Shown: positions 26,816-35,926 of the stretch, piece after piece | How the letters are laid out: every line of letters starts with the position of its first letter | How positions within the stretch are numbered: position 1 is the first letter of the stretch | The notes under the pieces: generated by a model | The model's input: the letters and a program-made list of their open reading frames with translations, nothing else | Told to the model about the DNA's origin: nothing | Databases searched by the model: none | Position numbers and translations under genes: made by a program | Assembly (NCBI GenBank): GCA_017353855.1 | Contig: JAFMSA010000001.1 | Coordinates: 1-39,594, forward strand | Reading direction: 5' to 3' | Length of the DNA: 39,594 nucleotides | Origin: Alphaproteobacteria bacterium | GTDB lineage: Bacteria; Pseudomonadota; Alphaproteobacteria; ATCC43930; CGMCC-115725

Positions 26816-27457
26816 CTAGCGCCGCTTCCTCGACCAAGCGGGATTGGTGACCGCCCAGACGACGATGCTCTTCAAGACCCCCCCGAGTGCCTCGTCGAAG
26901 GCTGCAACAATACTGGGAACATTATTCGCGGAGGCTCGCTGGCGCCCCTCAAAAGAGGTTCGCGCGACAATCTCGCCGCTCGAGGGATCGACCAGCCGCA
27001 GGTTCGTCGCCACCCATACCTCGGGCGGTCCGCCAGGCGACTCGTACACCGCCTCGAAGTGCCGCAGTTCCAGTTTGAGGATCAAGTCCGCGCGCAGCCC
27101 GGTCGACTGTCGGTCGATTGCGTTTATTGCGTTGCTGTTCTCGAAAGATTGGAGGAGCGCCGTCTGGACCAAGAGCGGTGCGCGGTCCGTCCATTCCGAA
27201 TCGGCGAAGTAGTCGATCGAGACCGCCGACCGGCTGAGCGCAATCCGCTCGGTATCCAGACCGGCCGGGGCGACGGGCGCATCGACGAGCAGCTGTTGCC
27301 TCCGGCGCGGCAGGTTGGGCGGAAAGATGCGTGTCGGGCTAACCCGATACAGGTGAGCCGGCGGGCTGCCGCCGAGCCCGCCCGCGCAGCCTGCCAGAAG
27401 GAGGAGGATGCTGCTCTGGATTACTCGGCGCGATGGACGACCCCCCGGCCACGTCAT
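26816..27457 (-). CDS. ABC-type transport auxiliary lipoprotein (PqiC/YmbA-like)
   Basis: Lipobox LLLLAGCAG. It sits directly after the MCE gene with an ATGA overlap. Confidence 0.78.
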   Translation of the reverse strand: MTWPGGRPSRRVIQSSILLLLAGCAGGLGGSPPAHLYRVSPTRIFPPNLPRRRQQLLVDAPVAPAGLDTERIALSRSAVSIDYFADSEWTDRAPLLVQTALLQSFENSNAINAIDRQSTGLRADLILKLELRHFEAVYESPGGPPEVWVATNLRLVDPSSGEIVARTSFEGRQRASANNVPSIVAAFDEALGGVLKSIVVWAVTNPAWSRKRR

Positions 27458-28386
27458 TGCGGCCGGTATCCCTCCCGCCGCTCTCCGAACAGCAGCTTCG
27501 AGGGGTCTCGTTCAACCGAGGACACAAAGCGGCTCAACCCGGCGATGAGCCGCTGCGCGTCGCTTACGGCATCGCCTGCCTGGGCCAATGTCGTCTGTGT
27601 GAACTGGCGCAGACCCGGGCGATTTTCCCGGAGCACCTGTTGGAGCTGTCGATTGGTGTCGACTAAGCCTTTTGCAAGCCGGTCGAACTGGCCGATCGCT
27701 TGTGAGGCCTGGTCCTTAAATCCACCCCTCTGGTTGATATCCTTCATGAGTGCCTGCATATCGCGGGTTGCCGCGGTCATATTCCCGAGGAGCTCGCCCG
27801 CCTGCTTACTGGGTGCGACAAAGGCCCCGGTAATGGAGCGGATGTTGTCGAGGCTGTCGGAAATGGCCTTGCGATTGTGCTCGTTAAGCAAGTCGTTGAG
27901 GTTATCGACGACCACCATCAGTCGGTCCAACAGCTGGGGCCCGGCTTCGCTTACACGCTGAAATACCGAGCTCCCCGCCGCGATGACCGGATAGCGATGT
28001 CCCGGTTCAGGCGCCAGGTCGGCAGCCTCGCGCGTGCCGCCGCGAATTTGAATGGTGGCTACCCCGCTCAACAGATTGGTGTCGATGAACGCGCGGGCAT
28101 CCGTCTTTATCGGGACGCGCGTGGTGTCGATCTCGACAGTTATCTGGATTTGTTCGAGATCGTCGGGATCGACGCGGACATCGACGACGCGTCCGACCGT
28201 GATCCCGTTATATTGAACCTGCGATCCCCGACTGAGGCCCGTCACCGAGCCTTTGAAGAAGATGTAGTAACGCTTCAGTTCCTGGGCAAACTCGACGCGT
28301 CCCAGCGTCACAATCGCCACAAACCCAAGGACAATAATGGCCAGCACAAACGCGCCGACCGCGATATAGTGGGCTCTCGTTTCCAT
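27454..28386 (-). CDS. MCE-domain (MlaD-like) substrate-binding protein
   Basis: N-terminal TM helix followed by an MCE domain (FKGSVTGLSRGSQVQYNGITVGRV). Confidence 0.88.
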   Translation of the reverse strand: METRAHYIAVGAFVLAIIVLGFVAIVTLGRVEFAQELKRYYIFFKGSVTGLSRGSQVQYNGITVGRVVDVRVDPDDLEQIQITVEIDTTRVPIKTDARAFIDTNLLSGVATIQIRGGTREAADLAPEPGHRYPVIAAGSSVFQRVSEAGPQLLDRLMVVVDNLNDLLNEHNRKAISDSLDNIRSITGAFVAPSKQAGELLGNMTAATRDMQALMKDINQRGGFKDQASQAIGQFDRLAKGLVDTNRQLQQVLRENRPGLRQFTQTTLAQAGDAVSDAQRLIAGLSRFVSSVERDPSKLLFGERREGYRPQ

Positions 28387-28412
28387 CTACTCACCCTCAG
28401 CCCAATAACGGC

Positions 28413-29231
28413 TCACGCCGGTGCTACGCTCGACGTTTCCGGCCTTGTGACAGCGCCGGCTTGCGAGAGGCGCGCGACCCGCCCGCGGGGACCATGAAAA
28501 TACGAATGGATCCACGGGTGATTGTCCTTGAGGAGCTGATCCAGCGTGCCGATACGAACCTTTTTGTCCACGAGGACCGCAACCCGATCGCAAACGGCAA
28601 AGAGGGTGTCGAGATCGTGGGTCACCATAAACACGGTCAGGCCAAGGCTGGCCTTCAAATCTCGGATCAGCTCGTCAAAGGCCCCGGCCGCTATCGGATC
28701 GAGGCCCGCGGTAGGTTCGTCGAGGAACACGATTTCCGGATCGAGCGCCAGCGCGCGGGCGAGGCCGGCGCGCTTGCGCATGCCGCCCGAGAGCTGCGCG
28801 GGATACTTTTCGCCCGCGTCTTCGGGGAGCCCGACCATGCCGACCTTGACGGCCGAGATTTCGTCCATCAATCGCAGCGGCATGTCGTAATACTCTTTGA
28901 GCGGGACTTCGATATTCTGCGCCACCGTCAATGAGCTGAACAGCGCCCCGTCCTGAAACAGCACTCCCCAGCGGTTCTCGATCTGCCGCCGCTGGCTTCC
29001 GCTCATCCGCAGAACGTCGCGCCCGAAAACCTCAACTATGCCTTCGACCGGTCGATTGAGCCCCACGATCGTACGCAGCAGAACCGATTTCCCGGACCCG
29101 GAACCGCCGACGATGCCGATAACCTCGCCGCGAATGACGTCGAGATCGAGACCGTCGTGCACCGTCTCAGAGCCAAACCGATTTACCAAACCGCGCACGC
29201 GGATGACAGGTTCTGCGAGATTATCTGACAT
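28413..29231 (-). CDS. ABC transporter ATPase (MlaF-like)
   Basis: Walker A GGSGSGKS, LSGGMRKRAGLARAL, Walker B VFLDEPTAGLD. Confidence 0.92.
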   Translation of the reverse strand: MSDNLAEPVIRVRGLVNRFGSETVHDGLDLDVIRGEVIGIVGGSGSGKSVLLRTIVGLNRPVEGIVEVFGRDVLRMSGSQRRQIENRWGVLFQDGALFSSLTVAQNIEVPLKEYYDMPLRLMDEISAVKVGMVGLPEDAGEKYPAQLSGGMRKRAGLARALALDPEIVFLDEPTAGLDPIAAGAFDELIRDLKASLGLTVFMVTHDLDTLFAVCDRVAVLVDKKVRIGTLDQLLKDNHPWIHSYFHGPRGRVARLSQAGAVTRPETSSVAPA

Positions 29232-29233
29232 GA

Positions 29234-30373
29234 TCAGATCTGTAGGATCGAGAAGAAGACCGAGAAGCCGGCATCGGCCACGATAACCAGAAATATAGCT
29301 TCGACCACGGAAAGGGTCGTCAGGCGCCCGACACTCTCGGCGCTGCGCGCCACCTGAAATCCTTCGAAACAGCCTATTAATGCGATGATAAACGCAAAGA
29401 ACGGAGATTTAAGCAAACCGATCCAGAAGGTCCAGGGGTAGAGCGAGTACTCCAGCTGACGAAGAAATTGTGGGGGGCTGACGCCAAGTGAAGCCCAGGC
29501 CATGAAAGAACCGCCGACCAGCCCGATTATGTTGGCATAGAGCGTAAGCATCGGCAGGGTCAGCACCAGTCCGAAGAGGCGCGGAACGACGAGCACCTCG
29601 ACCGGGTCGAGACCGATCGTGCGCATCGCGTCGATCTCTTCATTGACCCGCATCGTTCCGATCTGGGCCGTAAAGGCGCTCCCTGAACGGCCGGCGATGA
29701 TGATCGCGGCCATCAGGACCCCAAGCTCCCGAAGGATCCCCGCGCCCAGCAAATTGACCGTGTAGATCTCGGCGCCGAAACGGCGCAGCTGGTCTGCTCC
29801 CTGGTACGCGAGCACGACTCCGATGAGGAACGAAAGCAAGCCTACGATGGGCAGAGCATTGACCCCCGTCTGCTCCACCTGCACGATAAGAGCCGTCATC
29901 CTCAACCGGCGCGGATGCAGCAGCAAAGCCGCCGCGGTTTCACAAACTGCGCCGAAGAAACCGAGAATGGCGTAAGCACGCACGACGATTTCGATCGAGA
30001 TTTCGCCGATCCTCGCAAGGAAACCGATAATCGTGTGATGCGCCGGCCGCGGATGAGGTGCAGGAGAAACGATCCCCCCGGCACGCACTTGTTCGAGCAG
30101 CGGCGCGAGGTTGGAGCGCAGGTTGCGGATATCCACAGTGTTGCCGCGGGTCGTCAGATCGTGCTCGGTCCGCAGCAGCAGCCAGGCTCCGGCGCTGTCC
30201 AGGCGATCGATACCGGCCAGGTCGAGGACAACCCGTTTCCCGCTCGGCACCTTGAGCGCTCGCAACCGCCGGTCGAGTTCGGCAGCCGTCGCCACCAGCC
30301 ATTCGCCGGCGGCCGCAACGACGAACGATCCCGATTCTTCGAATTGCGTGAGAGTAGCGGCGACGGACGCCAT
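29234..30373 (-). CDS. MlaE-family ABC permease with N-terminal STAS domain
   Basis: STAS-like N-terminus (VVLDLAGIDRLDSAGAWLL) fused to a MlaE/YrbE permease core. Confidence 0.88.
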   Translation of the reverse strand: MASVAATLTQFEESGSFVVAAAGEWLVATAAELDRRLRALKVPSGKRVVLDLAGIDRLDSAGAWLLLRTEHDLTTRGNTVDIRNLRSNLAPLLEQVRAGGIVSPAPHPRPAHHTIIGFLARIGEISIEIVVRAYAILGFFGAVCETAAALLLHPRRLRMTALIVQVEQTGVNALPIVGLLSFLIGVVLAYQGADQLRRFGAEIYTVNLLGAGILRELGVLMAAIIIAGRSGSAFTAQIGTMRVNEEIDAMRTIGLDPVEVLVVPRLFGLVLTLPMLTLYANIIGLVGGSFMAWASLGVSPPQFLRQLEYSLYPWTFWIGLLKSPFFAFIIALIGCFEGFQVARSAESVGRLTTLSVVEAIFLVIVADAGFSVFFSILQI

Positions 30374-30499
30374 GAGCTTCCAGGAATGAGACTCAACTAT
30401 CCGCCGCCAACCAAGCCCTTTTCAACTACAAGAAAAGTGGCTATGCCGCAACAATAGGGCGCGTCATGCGCCGCCGCCCGACCGTCGAGGATAACGGCA

Positions 30500-31015
30500 A
30501 TGGACCTCAAGCAACATATTCGTTCGGTACCTGATTTTCCCAAGCCCGGTATCCTATTCTACGATATCTCTACGCTGCTGGCGCATCCCGACGCTTGGCA
30601 AACGACAGTCCAACGCCTGGCCGATGCGTTGCGGCCGCAGCAACCCGATCTGCTCGTCGGCATCGAATCGCGCGGCTTTTTGGTTGCCGCACCGCTGGCG
30701 TATGAGCTGGGCCGCGGCTTCGCGATGGTTCGCAAGCAAGGCAAGCTACCCGGCCGCATCGCAAGGTTCACCTACGCGCTGGAATACGGCTCCGACACGA
30801 TAGAGATCCAAGAGGATGCGGTCATCCCGGGTCAGCGCGTCGTGGTTCTCGACGATCTGGTAGCGACCGGCGGAACGATGCAGGCCGCTATCAATCTCGT
30901 GCGTCAGCGCGGCGGCGTCGTCACCGGCGCGGCGTGCATCATCGAGCTGAGCTTCTTACAGGGCCGCAGCCTCATCGACGTGCCGTTCACCTCGATGGTC
31001 GCCTACGATACTTAG
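30500..31015 (+). CDS. apt: adenine phosphoribosyltransferase
   Basis: 171 aa with [13 protein letters not shown] and the PRPP motif [13 protein letters not shown]. Confidence 0.96.
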   Translation: MDLKQHIRSVPDFPKPGILFYDISTLLAHPDAWQTTVQRLADALRPQQPDLLVGIESRGFLVAAPLAYELGRGFAMVRKQGKLPGRIARFTYALEYGSDTIEIQEDAVIPGQRVVVLDDLVATGGTMQAAINLVRQRGGVVTGAACIIELSFLQGRSLIDVPFTSMVAYDT

Positions 31016-31656
31016 TCGCCAACGATCGGCGCCAGCGGACCGAGGCTGCGGCCAATCACTGCGTAAAGCGGGTCTCCGTTCCCGGCCGGGGTTCTGTCAA
31101 CGCAGCGAATGTCGGTCCAATTCCCTGCCTGGACAAAATGCTGAGCAATCAGGCAGAGGTGACCCGCGTCATCAAGAAGACACCAGCATCCGATGGCACG
31201 CATAGGCAAGCAGCGATTGGAGAAGGTTACGATCAACGGCGCTCCCGGTTTCAGTACCCGCCCCGTTTCGCGGATCACGTCGCACGGACGCGTCAGATGT
31301 TGGATGGAAACGCAAATCGCCGCCCCGTCGAATTGGCCGGTCGGAAAGGGAAGCACGGGGTTCTGGTTCAAGTCCTGGACGCGCCACTCGTCGAGGAACG
31401 GATTTTCTGCGAGTTCGCAAGCGTTGAGGCCGACCCCGACGACCCGCGAGTAGGGTATTTCGGGCGGCAGATGGCTCACCCAGCCGGACATCAGATCGAG
31501 GATGGCGCCGCCGTGAGGCAGGATTTCACGGTAAAGGTGTGTGATCGCCGCAATGGTCGCGCGGTCGATCCGTCTGGTGTGCACGAGCTCAGTGCCGGCG
31601 GACGGGTCGAATCGCGCATCGGGGTGCGCTGGTGCGATCATCGGAAGGAGCGCCAT
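31012..31656 (-). CDS. class I SAM-dependent methyltransferase
   Basis: [40 protein letters not shown] are methyltransferase motifs. I trimmed to the ATG at 31656, which has a GGGGGGAAG Shine-Dalgarno. Confidence 0.75.
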   Translation of the reverse strand: MALLPMIAPAHPDARFDPSAGTELVHTRRIDRATIAAITHLYREILPHGGAILDLMSGWVSHLPPEIPYSRVVGVGLNACELAENPFLDEWRVQDLNQNPVLPFPTGQFDGAAICVSIQHLTRPCDVIRETGRVLKPGAPLIVTFSNRCLPMRAIGCWCLLDDAGHLCLIAQHFVQAGNWTDIRCVDRTPAGNGDPLYAVIGRSLGPLAPIVGD

Positions 31657-31714
31657 CTTCCCCCCTTTCCAGCCAGTTTGGTCTGAAATAGGAAGCATCC
31701 GGCCCGCGATCCAT

Positions 31715-31739
31715 AGCTGAAAAGCCGAAACTTTCAGCT
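31715..31739 (-). terminator. hairpin 18 nt downstream of the ald stop
   Basis: AGCTGAAA-9 nt-TTTCAGCT is an 8-bp stem. The minus sense has no clear U tract. Confidence 0.3.
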
Positions 31740-31756
31740 TTGTTGAATTTCCAGGC

Positions 31757-32878
31757 TTATCGCTCGGCGAGTACTTGCCCGGCAGAAGCCAGCGGCAGAC
31801 CAAGATCGCGCGCCACTGCCGGATGCGCAACCCGCCCGTGCCCGATGTTCAGCCCATTTCGCAGGTGGGGATCCTCGGACAGCGCCTGCCGCCAGCCGCG
31901 ATCGGCAATCGCCCGCACAAAAGGCAGCGTTGCATTGTTCAGCGCCACCGTCGAGGTGCGTGGAACCGCTCCCGGCATATTGGTCACGCAATAATGCACG
32001 ACCCCCTCTTCGACGTATGTCGGTGCCGCATGGCTCGTCGGCCGGCTGGTCTCGAAACAGCCGCCCTGATCGATCGAAATATCGACCACCACGGCGCCCG
32101 GCTTCATCGCTCGAACGAGTTCGCGGCTCACCAGCTTTGGAGCAGCGGCACCGGGGACCAGAACCGCGCCAATGACGAGATCCGCGGCGATCACCTCATG
32201 CTCGATATTCTCCATCGTCGAAAAAAGGGTGTGAAGCCGCGCGCCGAACCGCAGGTCGAGTTCGTACAATCTCGGCAAAGAACGGTCGACCACGGTGACC
32301 TGCGCTTCCATCCCCATCGCCATGCGCGCCGCATTGGTGCCCGATACGCCGCCCCCGAGGATCACGACCTTGGCCGCCGGCACGCCGGGGACGCCTCCGA
32401 GCAGCACTCCGATGCCACCCTGCGCCTTTTCGAGACAGTGAGCTCCGACCTGCACCGCCATCCGTCCGGCGACCTCGCTCATCGGCGCGAGAAGCGGCAA
32501 CCCGCCACGGGGGTCGGTAACCGTCTCGTAAGCGATCGCAATCGCCCCGGACCCGATCAACTGCTGGGTTAAGGCCTTGTCCGCGGCGAGATGCAGGTAA
32601 GTAAACAGCACCTGGCCTTCGCGCAGCATACTCGCTTCCTGCGGCCGCGGCTCCTTAACCTTGACGATCAGTTCGGCGGTCGCGAACAGCTCCTCGGTAC
32701 TCGCCGCGATCCTCGCTCCCGCGGCCTCGTAGGATGGGTCATCGAACCCAATTCCGGCTCCTGCACCAGACTCGACAAGCGCCTCGTGGCCATGATGAAC
32801 GAGCTCCCGCACGCTGCCTGGGGTGAGGCCCACCCGGTATTCGAGGGTCTTCACCTCCTTGGGCACACCGACCAGCAT
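31757..32878 (-). CDS. ald: alanine dehydrogenase
   Basis: 373 aa, [42 protein letters not shown], typical of Ald. Confidence 0.96.
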   Translation of the reverse strand: MLVGVPKEVKTLEYRVGLTPGSVRELVHHGHEALVESGAGAGIGFDDPSYEAAGARIAASTEELFATAELIVKVKEPRPQEASMLREGQVLFTYLHLAADKALTQQLIGSGAIAIAYETVTDPRGGLPLLAPMSEVAGRMAVQVGAHCLEKAQGGIGVLLGGVPGVPAAKVVILGGGVSGTNAARMAMGMEAQVTVVDRSLPRLYELDLRFGARLHTLFSTMENIEHEVIAADLVIGAVLVPGAAAPKLVSRELVRAMKPGAVVVDISIDQGGCFETSRPTSHAAPTYVEEGVVHYCVTNMPGAVPRTSTVALNNATLPFVRAIADRGWRQALSEDPHLRNGLNIGHGRVAHPAVARDLGLPLASAGQVLAER

Positions 32879-33655
32879 GGGAAAATCTCCGCTTGGAACA
32901 GCACGAACGCTCGCTAGGCAAGCCTTGCGGCCGTGGTTTCTAGGCTGCCGCCGCCCGCGGCCTTTGAGCCCACAGCCGGAACAGCGTCACCGGCCTCCCC
33001 GGTCCCGTCGTGGAGGCCCGCCTGCGACAGCCTGATCTTCCGCCGCGCAGGGGCCAGCCGGTCTTTCCCCCACCGGCGAACCCTGCTCGCGCCGGGCTTG
33101 CGCCGCCCACGCCGCGCCAACCGCCGCGGCGCAATGTCGTAGGAGGCGCTGAACTCGCACTCGTTCTGAGGCGGCGAGCGCGACTGCATCGAGCCATTCA
33201 CCGCAAGGGATCGGTCTTGCGTTCGCCACGCCACGCAACGGAATATGGTTCCTACGGGTCGCGGAACAATGCGGCTTTCGACCTGCTATCTCGTGGTCCT
33301 GGTGACCAGACGGCGATGGAAGGCGCTCACCCCGCAGGTGCAGGCACGGTTCGCAGCCCGTTCTCTGGGACGGCGCCTGCTGCCTCGGCAACGCCTTGGA
33401 TAGGGTCCGGTGGTAGGTCGAGGAGAGTGGGGTGTGATCGCTGGCCGCCAACACGCCAGCAAGGGGGACGCCGTGCCGCGCGGTTGCCCCAGCCACGCCT
33501 GGCTTCGGCGAGGGTCGTGGGCAATGCGGTGCCCGGAATACCTTCACGCAGACCCGGAGCGCGCGCCGCGGCGCCGCGCCCGATGCGGTCTCCGCATCGA
33601 ACGGGGCTGTTCGCAAACGGCACGTCGATCGCATTCGGTGTGATCCCTCCGCGGA

Positions 33656-34768
33656 TCAGCTCCGCGTCGCGTGAAGCTTGCGCACAACCTCGTCGGCGAG
33701 CGGTAAGGACGCCGTTAACCCCGGGGATTCGATCCCATACAGATTGACCAGACCCGGGACACCGTGCATTTCGGGACCCTGGACGGCGAAGTCTGCTGCC
33801 GGATCGGCGGGTCCGCTGATCTTGGGTCGGATTCCCGCATAGCCCGGCTGCAGCGAGCCGTCCCGCAGGCCGGGCCAGTAGGTTCGCACGGCCGCGTAAA
33901 ACGCCTCGCCGCGCGCCGGGTCTACGGAGTAGTCCACCGCGGGGATCCACTCCACATCCGGCCCAAACCGCGCCTGACCCGCCAGATCCAACGTGATGTG
34001 CACACCCAGTCCGCCGGCAACCGGGACGGGGTAGATCAGCCGCTGAAACGGAACGCGCCCGCTTAGCGTAAAATACACGCCGCGGCAGAAATAGGCCGCA
34101 GGGATCGTCTCCGGCGGGATCCCGTCTATTCTCTGCGCAAGAGCCGGAGCGTGGAGCCCGGCCGCATTGACCAGATATCGGCAGCGGATCGTGGCAGGAT
34201 CGTCGCCACCGATGGCGAGCTCAAAGCCCTCGGCGCCTGCCTTGCCCGACAGCACGGGAGTGCGGAGCACAACAATCGCCCCGGCCGCTTCGGCCTCGCC
34301 CTGATAGGCGAGCATCAGAGCATGACTGTCGATAATGCCGGTCGATGGCGAAAGCAGCGCCGCAATGCAGTGCACAGCGGGCTCGAGGCGCCGAGCCTGC
34401 GTCCCGTCCAGCCACTCCAAATTGTCGATCCCGTTGCCGCGGGCCGTTGCGGCGATTTTTTCAAGTCCGGCGAGTTCGGCCTCGCTCGTCGCAACGATCA
34501 GCTTGCCGATTTGAGCGTGCGGAATGCCGCGCTCGTGACAATAAGTGTACAGCCTGCGGCGTCCGCTCACACAGCTGCGCGCCTTCAAGCTGCCGACCGG
34601 GTAATAGATCCCGCTGTGGATGACTTCACTGTTGCGCGAAGAGGTCTCGAACCCGATCGTGTAGGCTCGATCGAGCACAAGCACCTCATGGCCGGCCATT
34701 GCCAGCGCCCGGGCTGCGGCAAGCCCGATAACGCCCGCCCCGACGACCACGCATTCAAGCTCGTCCAT
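33656..34768 (-). CDS. FAD-dependent oxidoreductase (LhgO/YgaF-like)
   Basis: [13 protein letters not shown] dinucleotide fold, [14 protein letters not shown] and a C-terminal [12 protein letters not shown] prefer the ATG at 34768 to the TTG at 34780. Confidence 0.85.
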   Translation of the reverse strand: MDELECVVVGAGVIGLAAARALAMAGHEVLVLDRAYTIGFETSSRNSEVIHSGIYYPVGSLKARSCVSGRRRLYTYCHERGIPHAQIGKLIVATSEAELAGLEKIAATARGNGIDNLEWLDGTQARRLEPAVHCIAALLSPSTGIIDSHALMLAYQGEAEAAGAIVVLRTPVLSGKAGAEGFELAIGGDDPATIRCRYLVNAAGLHAPALAQRIDGIPPETIPAAYFCRGVYFTLSGRVPFQRLIYPVPVAGGLGVHITLDLAGQARFGPDVEWIPAVDYSVDPARGEAFYAAVRTYWPGLRDGSLQPGYAGIRPKISGPADPAADFAVQGPEMHGVPGLVNLYGIESPGLTASLPLADEVVRKLHATRS

Positions 34769-35206
34769 CGCATTTCCCAACTGCCGACATCCCCCGAGTA
34801 TAGCTCACCGCGCTGATTGCCCCGTGCCGGCTTGCAAGCCCCCTCACGGGGACGTGACCGTTTGACGCGATTCATCCGGTTGCAAGGCCGATATGTTAGG
34901 ATACATTTGGTTACAGAACGGCAGGCGAGCACATTTCCAATTCAAAAAGAACCAGGGGCAGAATGCCTGTTGCCCGCCTGGGAGCCGAGCACCCGGGCAC
35001 GAGTGCGCGCCTCGCTTGCCGAATTCATGCGGGGTCAGAGGGGTTACCCGCCGCCCGACAGCATGCGCCTGGCGAACCCAAGGCTCATTCGGCGACATTG
35101 ACCGCGCGGCGCCGGGAGCGTACGCAATAGCGCCGTGAGCGGTTGCGTCGCGCAAACTACGCCGCTCGCGCGCGCCCTTTCCGGACACCGGTCCCTCCAA
35201 GTAAAA

Positions 35207-35920
35207 TTAGCGGCCGGCCGTCACCAGGTCGGGAGCGCGGCGGATCAGCGCCATCGAGAAATAGGGGGCTTCCTCGGGCTCTACGGCGGCGAGCGGAGCA
35301 ATGCGCTGAGTTGGTAGTGTCGCATGCTCGACATACACGGCGGCGTCGATAAGGCCGAGCCGGTCGAGTACCCGTCGAAGCTTGGCTATGTGGCGGCCGA
35401 GCTTGATGACCGCGATGCTGTTCGCGGCTGCGATCCGGCCATAAAGCTGCGCCTCGTCGAGCGTTGCCGGAATCACGCTGAGCACGTCGTCCCGCATGAC
35501 CAGTGGGGCGGCCGCCGCGGCGGCGCAGGCGGTCAGCGACGTGACGCCTGGAACGATCTCGATGTGATACCGTCCCGCAAGCCGCGTGAACAGATTGATG
35601 AAGCTGCCGTAAAATAATGGATCGCCCTGGCAGAGGAGTGCGACGTCACGGCCTCGGTCGAGTTCGGCAGCAAGCGCGGTCGCAGCGCGGTCGTAGATCT
35701 CGACTGGCGGCGGTCCGGGACGCATCGGAAACCGCAGCGCAATTTCCCGCTGGCCGCGCTTGAGCCATTGCGCGACGATCGAACGCGCAAAGCTGTCCGC
35801 GTGCTCCGGTGAGGGATATGCGATCACCGGCACTTCCTGCAGCAGCCGCAGTGCCTTAAGCGTCAGAAGCTCCGGATCGCCCGGCCCCGCTCCGAGCCCG
35901 TATAACCGGCCGCGCTCCAC
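35207..35920 (-). CDS. cobI: precorrin-2 C20-methyltransferase
   Basis: LYGLGAGPGDPELLTLKA..GDPLFYGSF..VPGVTS. GTG start, 6 nt after the upstream stop. Confidence 0.92.
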   Translation of the reverse strand: MERGRLYGLGAGPGDPELLTLKALRLLQEVPVIAYPSPEHADSFARSIVAQWLKRGQREIALRFPMRPGPPPVEIYDRAATALAAELDRGRDVALLCQGDPLFYGSFINLFTRLAGRYHIEIVPGVTSLTACAAAAAAPLVMRDDVLSVIPATLDEAQLYGRIAAANSIAVIKLGRHIAKLRRVLDRLGLIDAAVYVEHATLPTQRIAPLAAVEPEEAPYFSMALIRRAPDLVTAGR

Positions 35921-35926
35921 TGACGC

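Noticed and set aside
31012-31015. 4-nt overlap of the convergent apt and methyltransferase stop codons (CTTAG)
   Set aside because: It is a plain compact convergent arrangement with no associated structure.
33345-33361. tRNA T-arm-like CACGGTTCGCAGCCCGT, possibly a tRNA or att-site remnant
   Set aside because: The loop lacks the invariant A58 position pattern, and the expected distance upstream holds no complementary acceptor strand, D-arm or anticodon arm.
35174-35198. Minus-sense GGAGGGACCGGUGUCCGGAAAGGGC, superficially like the AGGGAA..GGUG..CC core of a cobalamin riboswitch, next to cob genes
   Set aside because: The hairpin loop is too short, and there is no downstream CCCGC..ACUG segment or B12 box. 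I found no convincing cobalamin riboswitch anywhere in the window. The GGAGACC-like strings in the two repeat copies are in the wrong order for one.
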